Positions 17,198 to 26,283 of a stretch of DNA of 35,429 nucleotides are shown one piece after another. This DNA is from a virus (lineage: Duplodnaviria; Caudoviricetes). The DNA lies in IMG/VR virus record IMGVR_UViG_3300037467_001510, positions 1 to 35,429 of that record. One strand, 5' to 3'. The position numbers and the translations under genes are program-made. Below the pieces are notes generated by a model that was given only the letters and a program-made list of their open reading frames with translations, was not told where the DNA came from and searched no databases. How positions within the stretch are numbered: position 1 is the first letter of the stretch; each line of letters opens with the position of its first letter.

Positions 17198-18240
17198 CAG
17201 CGGCGCTTCACTGTGCCGTCAGGAGTGATGAACAGCGTTCCCGGAGCCAAGGCGCGGGCCTCTGCAACCGAATTGACGCGCACAGGAGCCGAGCCGCCGC
17301 CGCGCTTCTTCGCGGTGCGGTAGTCGTTGTAGAGCTGCTGCTCCTGCGCGGTGAGCGGCTGGCCGGCGGCCCGCTTTGCCATGATGCCGCCGATGACGGT
17401 CGAGGGCGTGGCTGGCCTACTCGGAGCGCCCTTCGGCCCGTGAGCGAGGTTCTGCCCGCGCTGCCTGTCGGCTGAGGAGATGTTCTGCCCGCGCTGCACA
17501 TTCGCCTCCGACGCCTGATCGTGGCGGATGTGTTCCGCCGTAGTCGCGGCGCGCGTGGTGATTAGCGATCCGACATCGTTCTCGTGCGCCAGCGCATTCA
17601 GCTGATGCGAGGTGTCCATGCCGCGCAATTCGAGGTCGTGGATAACCTTCGGATCATAGGTGTCGGGAATCTGGTCGATGAACGACGGATCGCCGCCATA
17701 CTGCTGATAAAGCGCCCTCGCTTCCTGCTTCGCCGCCTGGAGGCTGGCGTCATCGTGGACGCCGCCGAGAATCTGCATCGCGGTATCGTGAACCTTGATC
17801 GAGGTTTCGAGCTGCGTTTTTGTGATGTTGCTCTTCTTGCCAGCGACGGTGATGAACTTCTCCGGGTCGAGCGCGGCGGCTGTCGCGGCGGCATCGCCCA
17901 TTCCCGGCGAGGTAGGCGGCGCTCCAGACGCGGTTGGAGCAGACACACCCCCCGTAGCCGAGCCGTCGCCCCCGGTGATGTAGGCCGCAAGGGCGGCGCG
18001 CGTGTCGGCTTCGCGCTGGCGATCCTCGCGCTTGCCAATCGTTGTTTCCATTTCCATTCCGAGCTTCGGATCGGCGGCATAGAGCGACCGCAGCGCGTTC
18101 GGATCGTTCCGCCCCGACAGCGCGGCCATTGCATCCCGGATGCGCTGCTGCTGCTGGAGCTGCTGCCCTTGCTGCATTCCGCGAAGGAACCCTTCGCCAG
18201 CGTTCGGATAGGCGGCAATGATCGAATAAGGATCAGCCAT
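17197..18240 (-). CDS. Ejection protein (P22 gp20-position)
   Basis: Q/A-rich helical protein in the ejection cluster; C-terminal VRVNSVAEARALAPGTLFITPDG motif. Confidence 0.65.
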   Translation of the reverse strand: MADPYSIIAAYPNAGEGFLRGMQQGQQLQQQQRIRDAMAALSGRNDPNALRSLYAADPKLGMEMETTIGKREDRQREADTRAALAAYITGGDGSATGGVSAPTASGAPPTSPGMGDAAATAAALDPEKFITVAGKKSNITKTQLETSIKVHDTAMQILGGVHDDASLQAAKQEARALYQQYGGDPSFIDQIPDTYDPKVIHDLELRGMDTSHQLNALAHENDVGSLITTRAATTAEHIRHDQASEANVQRGQNISSADRQRGQNLAHGPKGAPSRPATPSTVIGGIMAKRAAGQPLTAQEQQLYNDYRTAKKRGGGSAPVRVNSVAEARALAPGTLFITPDGTVKRR

Positions 18241-18364
18241 TGATCAGTGTCTCCAATTCCGCGATGCGCTTTTCGAGATCAGCCACATTGGCGCTCAGAC
18301 CCGGCTTTCCACGACGAGCCTCCAGCTGGCGCTTGCGAAGCTCCAATTCCTCTTGCGGCGTCAT
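18233..18364 (-). CDS. Small coiled-coil protein (43 aa; not in the ORF track)
   Basis: MTPQEELELRKRQLEARRGKPGLSANVADLEKRIAELETLING; overlaps both neighbours. Confidence 0.6.
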   Translation of the reverse strand: MTPQEELELRKRQLEARRGKPGLSANVADLEKRIAELETLING

Positions 18365-19140
18365 CCGATTGACCCCGCAATGGGATCGGTCCCGAGCATT
18401 CCGTAAGGATCGTTATATGCGCCGTAGCCGCCGCCATAACCGCCGTAGGACGAGCCGTAGGGGATCATGGAACCGGCAATCTGTCCAAGGCCGGTCGCAA
18501 TGCCGTTGCCAAGGTTGGCCCCAGCCATGCCTCGCGCCGCAGCCGCCGCAGCGGCGTTGTCCGCGCCATTCTGGAGCGCGCCGCCCATGCTGTTGTTGAT
18601 GCCGGTTATGCCGCTGGCGAGGTTGGAATTGATCCCGGCAGCCGTGTTGCCAAAACTGGAGCCGACACCAGCGATCGAAGAGGCAGCGCCCGCGCCTGTC
18701 GCCTGCTGTCCGCCGAGCAGACCCATATACGGCATGAAGTAGTTAGCTTGCGCCGTGTTCTGCCCGTAATCGCGCAGCGCCTTCATGGCCGCTCCGCTGT
18801 CGAGCGCGCCGCGAGCTGCGTAATTCTGCTGAATTGCGTTCTCGCCTTGCTTGAGGATGAAATCCATCCCGGCAGAGTGTGCAAAATCATAAAGCGCCTG
18901 TTCCTGCGGCGACATTCCCGTTGAGGTCGTGCCGCCCGCCGGGGCGGGCGCTGGCGCGGGAGTCGGAGCGGGAGATGGTGCCGGTGCCGGAGCCGGTGCA
19001 GGGGTTGTGCTGACAGGGGGCAGCGGAGTCGGCGGGCGCGTGAAGCCGCCGCCGAACCCACCGCCAACGGGCGAAGGTGTGTAATTGAACCCATCGTCGC
19101 CGTAGCCCGCAGGCAGCGACGTTCCTTCAATGTAGCGCAT
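18361..19140 (-). CDS. DNA-transfer (gp7-like) protein, C-terminal portion
   Basis: F.HSAGMDFILKQGENAIQQNYAARGALDSGAAMKALRDYGQ motif and G/A-rich tail. Confidence 0.7.
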   Translation of the reverse strand: MRYIEGTSLPAGYGDDGFNYTPSPVGGGFGGGFTRPPTPLPPVSTTPAPAPAPAPSPAPTPAPAPAPAGGTTSTGMSPQEQALYDFAHSAGMDFILKQGENAIQQNYAARGALDSGAAMKALRDYGQNTAQANYFMPYMGLLGGQQATGAGAASSIAGVGSSFGNTAAGINSNLASGITGINNSMGGALQNGADNAAAAAAARGMAGANLGNGIATGLGQIAGSMIPYGSSYGGYGGGYGAYNDPYGMLGTDPIAGSIG

Positions 19141-19186
19141 CAGATGTTTTCCCGATTAAGCCGCACGATACGGCGGGGAGGGATGA

Positions 19187-19675
19187 TCAGTATTGGTAGC
19201 CGCCGCCCTGCGCCGCCCGAGGGACTGCAAGCAGCGGATTTACCGGACCCGCCGGAGGCTGGCCCGGTGCGGGCGTCGGCGTGCCTCCAGCTGGCTGCGG
19301 AGGAAGCTGGATCGGGGCAAGGCCCCCGGAAGCGGTTTCGAGCGGAGAGCGCATCGTCGGCGCTTGCGGCAGCCCGAGCAGCGCGTTGATCGCGTCACCC
19401 GCGACATTGCCCCTGCTAACGAACGGCGAGAGTGTGTCGTAATTGGAATTGTAGAGGGACTGATTCAGGCCCATGCTTTGCTGTGCCAGCGCGTTCTGCT
19501 GCGCCAGCGACTGCTGGCCGAGCTGGAGCTGCGCATCAGTCGCCTGACTCTGCGCCTGCGCGGCCTGATCGGCAGCATGGCTTTGCGCGTGCGACGACAG
19601 GACGGCTCCGCCGATAGTCCCGGCAGCGGCAAGCCCGCCGCCGATAAGCGCGGCGGTTCCCAAGCCTATTGGCAT
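19187..19675 (-). CDS. DNA-transfer (gp7-like) protein, N-terminal portion
   Basis: MPIGLGTAALIGGGLAAAG...AQ.AADQAA...LSPFVSRG..A.DAINALLGL; start overlaps the gp14-like gene. Confidence 0.7.
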   Translation of the reverse strand: MPIGLGTAALIGGGLAAAGTIGGAVLSSHAQSHAADQAAQAQSQATDAQLQLGQQSLAQQNALAQQSMGLNQSLYNSNYDTLSPFVSRGNVAGDAINALLGLPQAPTMRSPLETASGGLAPIQLPPQPAGGTPTPAPGQPPAGPVNPLLAVPRAAQGGGYQY

Positions 19676-20409
19676 AATACAATCTCCATGTTTCCGTCCC
19701 GCTCCTCGGCAATCACCGTCAGACCGCCGTCGCTCATGTCGATTATTGCCGGTTGCGCGGAAATGAGGCGGATCGGCGAGTATCCGGCAAAGTGCGCCCA
19801 CCGGTTGTAGAAGGCGACACCCTTTGCGGCGTTGCCAGCCCTCACCATCCGCACGGCAGCGCCAACGGCGCGGTTATGCGCGGGATCTTCTGGATGATCG
19901 GGCAGGTCGGGCCGCGCGGCCCTCACCGCGACTTCCGTTGCCGCGTGATACCACTCTCCGTCAGCCTCCAGAGCCGCGTTGCGCTGCGCCCATTCGTCAA
20001 TCGTCAGGACCATGTAAGAGGTCGGGCCGCGCTTCGCGTTCTCACGCCGGAACAACTCCCGAAAACCGGCTAGCCGAGCGAGGCCCGCAGCAGCGCGGTT
20101 GTTGTCGGGAACCTGCGTGATGACCTGTTCGCAATTCGTCCGGGTGAACATGTAATCGAAGCCCTCGCGCATCGCTTCGCGCGCGGAGCGGCCCCTCCCC
20201 TCCGGGAGAAACTGCGAGTGGACTTCATACGAACCCGGCGTGTGTTGAATGAGGATGAACCCGCCGAACTCGTTGACGAGCGCAACATTACTCGGATTGA
20301 TCAGCTGCGCGGTAACATCAACCTCGCCTTCGCCGCCGACCCATGGACGGACTTCCGGGTGATTGATGACGCTGTTCAGAAAGGCCGGATCGAAAGTCCG
20401 CCGGATCAT
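19666..20409 (-). CDS. GNAT-fold protein, P22 gp14/DUF2824-like
   Basis: YEVHSQFLPEGRG, TQVPDNNRAA..LARLAGF; sits between the needle-like gene and gp7 as in P22. Confidence 0.7.
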   Translation of the reverse strand: MIRRTFDPAFLNSVINHPEVRPWVGGEGEVDVTAQLINPSNVALVNEFGGFILIQHTPGSYEVHSQFLPEGRGRSAREAMREGFDYMFTRTNCEQVITQVPDNNRAAAGLARLAGFRELFRRENAKRGPTSYMVLTIDEWAQRNAALEADGEWYHAATEVAVRAARPDLPDHPEDPAHNRAVGAAVRMVRAGNAAKGVAFYNRWAHFAGYSPIRLISAQPAIIDMSDGGLTVIAEERDGNMEIVLCQ

Positions 20410-21272
20410 ATCGTGTCGAACCTGTTGTGGAACTCGCCGCCTGTCGCCGGAGGAGCGGAACCGCCGGTCGTGTCGGCGGTGCCGGCCGCCGGAGTGGTCA
20501 GCGCCCCAACAAAGTGCCGACCGACAACATAGTTATTCAGCGCGTGCGAGAGGGTTGTCGTTGCATGATAGCTGGGCGTCGTGTCGGCGCAGGTCGGATC
20601 GTCGTAATACACGCCATAATCGGTCGCATAGGCGAGACCGGTTATTAACCCTCCCGAAACCGCCAATTCACTTGAATCGCCATAGAGCCGGGTATTGGCC
20701 GCAATCGTAATCGTGGCACTCGAACCAGCGTCCGATCCAGTTAGGCAATCTGCGGGAATGACCGAGCTTGCCGTGATCTTATCGCTGAGAGTGACAGCAT
20801 CCGCCGCCGTTTGGGCTGTGTTCGCAAGGGACCGGGCCGTTTCATGCATCTTGTTCTGGAGCGCCGTTTTGGCGGCGGTCACATCGGTGAACTTCGAGCG
20901 AAAGGTCGGACCGTCAATCGTCGTGTTGCCGCTGAGATCATTCCACGCGACCGCCGTTGTGAGTGTAGCCAGATAGCTCGCCAGCGCCGCAAGGGCGTCG
21001 TCATAGGCGGTCTTTTCGGTCGTTATCCCGTAGCTGGTGGCCTCTGCGTCGAGCGCGGACTGCTCGCCGGTCAGCATCGAGTCCCACAATATCCATTGCG
21101 GCTTCTTCGCTGGCGTCAGGACATTGTCGCTGTTGAGGTTCGTCAGCGCGTCAATCTGCCCTTGCAGGTCGGCGCTGTTTCCCTCCAGCGCCTCGCAGTG
21201 CCGCTGCCAGAGCGTCTGCATTCCACGCGGGTTGAAGTTTGCCGCCTGGAGGCGGTCGAGGCGCAGCGCCAT
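20406..21272 (-). CDS. Tail-associated structural protein (needle/gp26 position)
   Basis: Coiled-coil N-terminus, T/A/G-rich beta-like C-terminus, gene order. Confidence 0.55.
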   Translation of the reverse strand: MALRLDRLQAANFNPRGMQTLWQRHCEALEGNSADLQGQIDALTNLNSDNVLTPAKKPQWILWDSMLTGEQSALDAEATSYGITTEKTAYDDALAALASYLATLTTAVAWNDLSGNTTIDGPTFRSKFTDVTAAKTALQNKMHETARSLANTAQTAADAVTLSDKITASSVIPADCLTGSDAGSSATITIAANTRLYGDSSELAVSGGLITGLAYATDYGVYYDDPTCADTTPSYHATTTLSHALNNYVVGRHFVGALTTPAAGTADTTGGSAPPATGGEFHNRFDTI

Positions 21273-21938
21273 TTAGTAAGTCGGCAGCCCGTAGGGATTC
21301 TGCGCGGGGGTTGCGCCGTTCACGCCAAACGAAGTTCCAACGGTGCCCGCATCGGGCACGGGCGCAGCTGCGACAGAGGGCGCTGGAACTGCCGGGAGCG
21401 GCGTCGGTAACGTCTGAACCGGCGCACCCGGAGCTACCGCAGGAGCCGTAGTGCCGCTGAAAGGATGCTGCTGGAAATAATCCGCGAAGAAGCCGCGTCG
21501 GTCGGGACGCTGGCCCATCCAAGTCATAATGTCGGTGCGGAACTGGTCCGGCCCGCCAGCCCCCATCGTTGGCCGCTGTGCCAGCCAGCTTTGCAGGTCT
21601 TGGTGGAACGCCTGTCGAGCATCTTGGCGGTAGCCGCGAGCATCGGGACCGCGCGGCATCATTCCAAAGCCCATTCCGCCGCCCATACTGCCAGGAGCGC
21701 TAGGAAACTGACCCTCGAAATTGCCGGTTCCCTGCAACGGAGCGCTGGTGCCTCCGCCGCCAGGAGTCATCACCGGACCGCCAGCAGTCGGGTTGAGCGG
21801 AAACTGTGTATTCGGCAGGCCGCCGCGCAGCGCTTGGAGCGCGCCGTGATCGACCGGACGAGGAGCGCCGAGCGCAGTTGGCGCAGCGGCACCGAAATCG
21901 GCGGAAGGCCCACCAAGGGCCTGAAGCATGTTAGGCAC
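21273..21938 (-). CDS. Low-complexity G/P/M-rich protein (221 aa)
   Basis: Fills the gap between the gp10-like and needle-like genes and abuts both. Confidence 0.55.
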   Translation of the reverse strand: MPNMLQALGGPSADFGAAAPTALGAPRPVDHGALQALRGGLPNTQFPLNPTAGGPVMTPGGGGTSAPLQGTGNFEGQFPSAPGSMGGGMGFGMMPRGPDARGYRQDARQAFHQDLQSWLAQRPTMGAGGPDQFRTDIMTWMGQRPDRRGFFADYFQQHPFSGTTAPAVAPGAPVQTLPTPLPAVPAPSVAAAPVPDAGTVGTSFGVNGATPAQNPYGLPTY

Positions 21939-23316
21939 GTTTACCCCCAGGGTCGTTGATTTTGACGGCGCTGATCCTCAGCGGAACAGGGTCGGAGCAG
22001 CGGAAGTCCATAATCGCGCCGGGGAAGTCGAATTGCCCCAACGCCCGCCATTCCGGGACCGCGCGATAATCTCCCGTCGCGCCGAGGCTATCCGCCTCCC
22101 ATGCCGACCAGGTATTCCCCGCGTCGTCGGAAAAGCTCATTTCGATGATCGGCTCGGAGCCGGTTCCCTCCAGCAAGGCGGTTTGTCCGGCGTTCACCCA
22201 GAGCTTCACGCTGTTGATCGAATAAGGCGCGTCGAGCTGCTGAGCGGCGGTAAAGCGCCGCTCCAGCGGCTGCCCGAGGTCGTCCCATTCCGACCAGCCC
22301 ATAATCTGGCCGGTTGAGGAGTGGCCGAGGTAGGCCACATCATCCACCATGCAGGCGCAGGAAACGATCCACTGACCGCCCGAGCTTTGCATCTCGCACC
22401 ACTCTTGGGTGGCGCAATCATAGGCGAGCGTTTCGGTATCGAGCCGCAGGACGACAAACTCGTGCCCCTCATGCTGAAAGGTGAAGAGTTTGGCCGTGGC
22501 CGACGCCAAAATGCGCTCTTCGATCGCATGGTCAGAGATGCGCTGCGGCACATCGGAAACACGATAGACGCTGCGGTTGGAGCCGACGAAGAAAAGTCCG
22601 TTGTCAGCCTTTGCAACGCAGCCCGTCGCCATAATGCCCTTGTCGAAGGCGACGTTTTCAAGTCTCGTGAACGGAAGGTCGGCGGCCCCGGTGTGCGACC
22701 ACGCCTCAATCGTCTGAGCGCCGAACAGCCAGACATTGTCGCCTAGAGGCGCAATGTCCAAAAGAGCGTCGGATTCGCGCTCGGCGGTTGCGTAATTGAG
22801 AGCATCCCAAGTCCGCCCGTCGAGCAGGTCGGACCAATAGAAGCGGCCCGGGAATTGCGTGTCGCCCCTGACGGCGACGAACAGTGAGCCGATGAAACAC
22901 ACCGCCCTGACCGCAGATCCGTCCGGGAACGCCACATTGGCGATTCCCGGCGTCCCTGTGTCCACATAGCTCCGCATTGTCGAGCCGCGCGTGATCAGCA
23001 GCTCGGTCGCATTCCCGTCCATCGAGGCGGGACCGGTTCCGGCAATCGTGCCCGACGCGACCGCTGAGGTTCCACGATACAGCGCCGAGCCGGAGATCGA
23101 GAAAACGTCCCCGTTCAGCGTCCCCTTCTTCGAGAGGAGGGCGTTGATCGGACCGCTTCCATTTACCACCAGCTCCCCGAGACCGGGGCGCGACAGCAGC
23201 GCGATCTTGTTCTCCGAAGTTTCCGACTTCTCAACATACATGTTGATTAGTTTCAGCTCAGGGAAATTGCCGTTCGTGCGGCGATATGCGCCAGTGCCGT
23301 AAGCGATGGACGGCAC
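21931..23316 (-). CDS. Packaged-DNA stabilisation/tail nozzle protein (P22 gp10-like)
   Basis: Beta-propeller-like; WDALNYATAE..SD, FG..TIE.W..TG, FSDDAGNTWS, WRALG, SDPV motifs. Confidence 0.85.
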   Translation of the reverse strand: MPSIAYGTGAYRRTNGNFPELKLINMYVEKSETSENKIALLSRPGLGELVVNGSGPINALLSKKGTLNGDVFSISGSALYRGTSAVASGTIAGTGPASMDGNATELLITRGSTMRSYVDTGTPGIANVAFPDGSAVRAVCFIGSLFVAVRGDTQFPGRFYWSDLLDGRTWDALNYATAERESDALLDIAPLGDNVWLFGAQTIEAWSHTGAADLPFTRLENVAFDKGIMATGCVAKADNGLFFVGSNRSVYRVSDVPQRISDHAIEERILASATAKLFTFQHEGHEFVVLRLDTETLAYDCATQEWCEMQSSGGQWIVSCACMVDDVAYLGHSSTGQIMGWSEWDDLGQPLERRFTAAQQLDAPYSINSVKLWVNAGQTALLEGTGSEPIIEMSFSDDAGNTWSAWEADSLGATGDYRAVPEWRALGQFDFPGAIMDFRCSDPVPLRISAVKINDPGGKRA

Positions 23317-23318
23317 GG

Positions 23319-23954
23319 CTACATATACTCCCCGTAGCTATGATCCGGCGGGTGCGACGATCCGTATTTGGCCGAAAGGCTGCCGAGGAACCGATTGGCA
23401 AGCGCGACGACCGTTGCCGATGGTTCGCCACCAAAGACGGACACGAAAGCGCCCGACACGCATAGCGCGGCGGCTAGGCCGTAAGCGCTGCGCCCCGACA
23501 GTGGCGCAATGTCCTCCAGCGTGAGGTCGAGAAGATCGACCCATTGCGTCCGGTCGTAGAGTTTGACGAACTGCGTTCCGTCGCTGTGGACCACTTCATA
23601 AAGCGCGAGGTCGCGCGGCTCGCGCATAGCCCCAACGCCGCCCGAGCCGTAGTCGCAGCAATCGGAACTGTAACCGTAATCGTCGCAACTATCGGGGGTA
23701 TAATCGCTGGTCGCGTCAGTGAGCGTGACCCCCGCCGCAAGGCGGTAGCGGCGGCCCTCCTGGGCTGTCGCGTCGGCGGTCAGGTAAGTGTCCTTGAGCC
23801 GCCCGAACATGGCGTTCGTTCGCAGCTCGTCATAGAACGATTGCAGCGCCACCATGCCTTCATCGGCCTCAGCGCCCTTCGGCGTTCTGCCGGGACCAAT
23901 GAGACGCGCTTGGCGCATCGCATAGGTGACAATATCGAGACAGGTTGCCGACAT
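23319..23954 (-). CDS. Head-tail adaptor (P22 gp4-like)
   Basis: T.LDIV..AMR...LIG.G.TP...EADEGM..LQ N-terminus; located before the gp10-like gene. Confidence 0.65.
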   Translation of the reverse strand: MSATCLDIVTYAMRQARLIGPGRTPKGAEADEGMVALQSFYDELRTNAMFGRLKDTYLTADATAQEGRRYRLAAGVTLTDATSDYTPDSCDDYGYSSDCCDYGSGGVGAMREPRDLALYEVVHSDGTQFVKLYDRTQWVDLLDLTLEDIAPLSGRSAYGLAAALCVSGAFVSVFGGEPSATVVALANRFLGSLSAKYGSSHPPDHSYGEYM

Positions 23955-23968
23955 TCGCCCCTCCCCCG

Positions 23969-23998
23969 AAAAGAAAAAAGCGGGGCCGAAGCCCCGCT
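23969..23998 (-). terminator. Intrinsic terminator
   Basis: AGCGGGGC-TTCG-GCCCCGCT plus a T-tract. Confidence 0.8.
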
Positions 23999-24002
23999 AG
24001 AG

Positions 24003-24209
24003 TCAGCCCTTCGTCAGCTTCACGGTTGAAGCGGTCGAGGCGGCGTAATTGGTATCGGTCACGCCCGCGTCGGCATTGAGCTTGGTGCGGAGCGTGTTGT
24101 GGTCGGAGATGAGGGCGTTCACGGCGTCGACGAGATTGGAAACCACGGCGTAAAGATCGCCCTGATTCATCCCGTCGGCCTTCACATCCTGCTGGAGAGT
24201 GAGAGACAT
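24003..24209 (-). CDS. Small capsid-associated (decoration/fibre) protein candidate
   Basis: Immediately after the major capsid gene; coiled coil plus KLNADAGVTDTNY. Confidence 0.55.
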   Translation of the reverse strand: MSLTLQQDVKADGMNQGDLYAVVSNLVDAVNALISDHNTLRTKLNADAGVTDTNYAASTASTVKLTKG

Positions 24210-24231
24210 TGGCTTTTATCCCGGAAGAGAG

Positions 24232-24267
24232 GAAGAAAGAGGGGCGCAGCGTTTGGCCGCGCCCCTC
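24232..24267 (-). terminator. Hairpin/terminator after the major capsid gene
   Basis: GAGGGGCGC...GCGCCCCTC stem followed by TTTCTTC. Confidence 0.6.
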
Positions 24268-24273
24268 AATTCA

Positions 24274-25362
24274 TTAGGCGTCCGCAACCGCCGCGAAGTA
24301 GCCGGTGACAACACCATGCTGCTTCGGAGTGTCGGTGTCGTTGGTGCCCGTGCCGAACGTGAGCTTGTTCAGCCCGTCAATCGTGACGATGCCGATGCCC
24401 TGTTCGTTACCGTAGTCGTCCTCCTTCTTCTCGCGGGTCTGCCACGGAAGAGCGATGCCGAGGCCGAGGGCCTGAGCGCCGCACAGGAACACGCCGCCGA
24501 CATCAATGCCGCCAGCGCCGACGCCGGTAAGCGTCGTCATGTCATCGACTTCGTGGATGATCATGCCGTCATAGAGAAGGTCGCCACCCTGGAAGAGGCG
24601 GCTGTTCTCTTCGGCAAGATTCACCTCGCGCTGAGCCTGCGTGATGACCGGATCGTTTTTCAGATCGCGGAAGCAGAGCGGATGCGCGAACACGATGAAG
24701 CGGCGCTTGTTGTTGCCGCTGTCCATTACCGGCATGACCTTCGGGCTGGCCGACAGTGCAATGCGCTTCATCAGCGACAGAGACGCGGCGGTCAGCTTGT
24801 CGGCGGTGCCGTCAACATTGAGCAGCGAGGCCGAGTGGTCGTTGGACGAGTTGTTCGACTTGGACGCGCCGAAGAGAACGCGGTCGGCGTTGTTCGCCAG
24901 CCAAGTGTCCTTCTGCGTTTCCGTGGCCGACGCATAAGCAACGCCGTCGATCGAGTAGAGCTGAGTGACGACGCGAGCAATGTCCTGCTCGGCGGCCCAC
25001 AGCTTCATCTGCGCCTTGAAGGCGTTGCGGATGTCGATTGCCGACTTCTGCTCGTCCATCTCGGTCGTCGAGAAGGCGTTGCGGCGAAGCGCGACGGTCA
25101 GCTTGTGAGACCGGCTCTTGCCCGCCTCTTCGTTGCCTTCGAGCTTGGATGTGCCGTCATTGGCCGACCCGGTGAAGCGGTTGACCAGCGCATAAGTCAG
25201 GCTGTCGCCCTTCTTCTTGCTGAGGTCGCGCTTGACCTGGATAATGTCGGTTTCGCCCGTGCCCATGTAGGGTTTGAACGGGTTGTTGCGGATGTATTCT
25301 GCGAAAAACTGATCGTCCCATTGCTGGGGAGTCAGTCCGGTAGCGGCGGCAGTCTGTGCCAT
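24274..25362 (-). CDS. Major capsid protein (N4-gp56/DUF4043-like)
   Basis: DLSKKKGDSLT...LEGNEE, F.G.DLLYDGMIIHE, LCGAQALG, DDYGNE.GI motifs; follows the scaffold gene. Confidence 0.85.
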   Translation of the reverse strand: MAQTAAATGLTPQQWDDQFFAEYIRNNPFKPYMGTGETDIIQVKRDLSKKKGDSLTYALVNRFTGSANDGTSKLEGNEEAGKSRSHKLTVALRRNAFSTTEMDEQKSAIDIRNAFKAQMKLWAAEQDIARVVTQLYSIDGVAYASATETQKDTWLANNADRVLFGASKSNNSSNDHSASLLNVDGTADKLTAASLSLMKRIALSASPKVMPVMDSGNNKRRFIVFAHPLCFRDLKNDPVITQAQREVNLAEENSRLFQGGDLLYDGMIIHEVDDMTTLTGVGAGGIDVGGVFLCGAQALGLGIALPWQTREKKEDDYGNEQGIGIVTIDGLNKLTFGTGTNDTDTPKQHGVVTGYFAAVADA

Positions 25363-25407
25363 GGTGTTAAATGTCCTTCTGGCCCCCGAAGGGGCGGATG
25401 AGGAAAG

Positions 25408-26271
25408 CTATCTCAGGAGTTCATCCAGAGACGGCGGCTTATAGCTGCCGCCAGAGCCTCTTGCGCTCTGAGCGTCAGCAAGTGTTGCAGGAATGGTTTG
25501 AGCTTGGGTTTCCGCTGCTGGAGCCTGCCCCCTCAGAGCCTCCTGAACACGCGCATTGATCACGCCTTCGATCCCCCCATGTTGGGCGATCTCCAGCTGG
25601 ATTTTCGCGGTGTCGTAAGCGAACTTCGCGGGGTTAGGCGAATTGTGCATCTGGTCCAGCAAAGCCGGGTTCGCGTTGACCATCTGCTCGAACACACCGA
25701 CTTTCTCGATGTAATCCGGCATTTGGCTTGCGAACTGCTGAGCTGAACCGGCGATGCGCTGATATTCAAAGGTTCGCATAGCTTCGGTGCGCGCAGCTTC
25801 GGCGGCGCGGGTCACCAGCCACTGATCATACCCCTCAGGGTCATCCCAGCGGTTTGGCGGCTCCGGCGCTTTCGGCTGCTGCACTTGCGCTTGCGGAGGA
25901 GGTTGCATCTGCGCCTGGAGCTGCCGAAGCCGCTCCGCCAGCGCGTTTGCGCGCCCCTCTGCCGCTAGCCTTTGCTCTTCAGCGGTCTGCCTTCTCGTCC
26001 GTTCCTTCTGGAGGGCTGCTACTGGAATCGGTCCCTTTTCATCCTCGGATGCAGGCGGCGCATCATCCTCGGCTCCGCCTTCGACGGCGGGCTGTTGAGG
26101 TTCGCCCTTGGAAGCGAATTTGCCCGCTTCGTCGCGGTTGTAGGTTCGGCCTTGCGCCCCCCCATCTTCCACGACCACCGGCTCTTGAGGCTCCGCAGCT
26201 GGCGGCGCACTTGCCGCTTCCACCGGAGCTTCATCGCTACCGTTCAGAATGTCATCGAGTTCCTTGTCCAT
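25408..26271 (-). CDS. Capsid scaffolding protein
   Basis: Acidic disordered N-terminus, RDEAGKF motif, IPVAALQKER.RRQ coiled coil; between portal and capsid. Confidence 0.75.
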   Translation of the reverse strand: MDKELDDILNGSDEAPVEAASAPPAAEPQEPVVVEDGGAQGRTYNRDEAGKFASKGEPQQPAVEGGAEDDAPPASEDEKGPIPVAALQKERTRRQTAEEQRLAAEGRANALAERLRQLQAQMQPPPQAQVQQPKAPEPPNRWDDPEGYDQWLVTRAAEAARTEAMRTFEYQRIAGSAQQFASQMPDYIEKVGVFEQMVNANPALLDQMHNSPNPAKFAYDTAKIQLEIAQHGGIEGVINARVQEALRGQAPAAETQAQTIPATLADAQSARGSGGSYKPPSLDELLR

Positions 26272-26283
26272 AAACCCTCTTCC

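Noticed and set aside
18935-19005. Short tandem DNA repeats
   Set aside because: Explained by the coding of a PAPAPAP linker.
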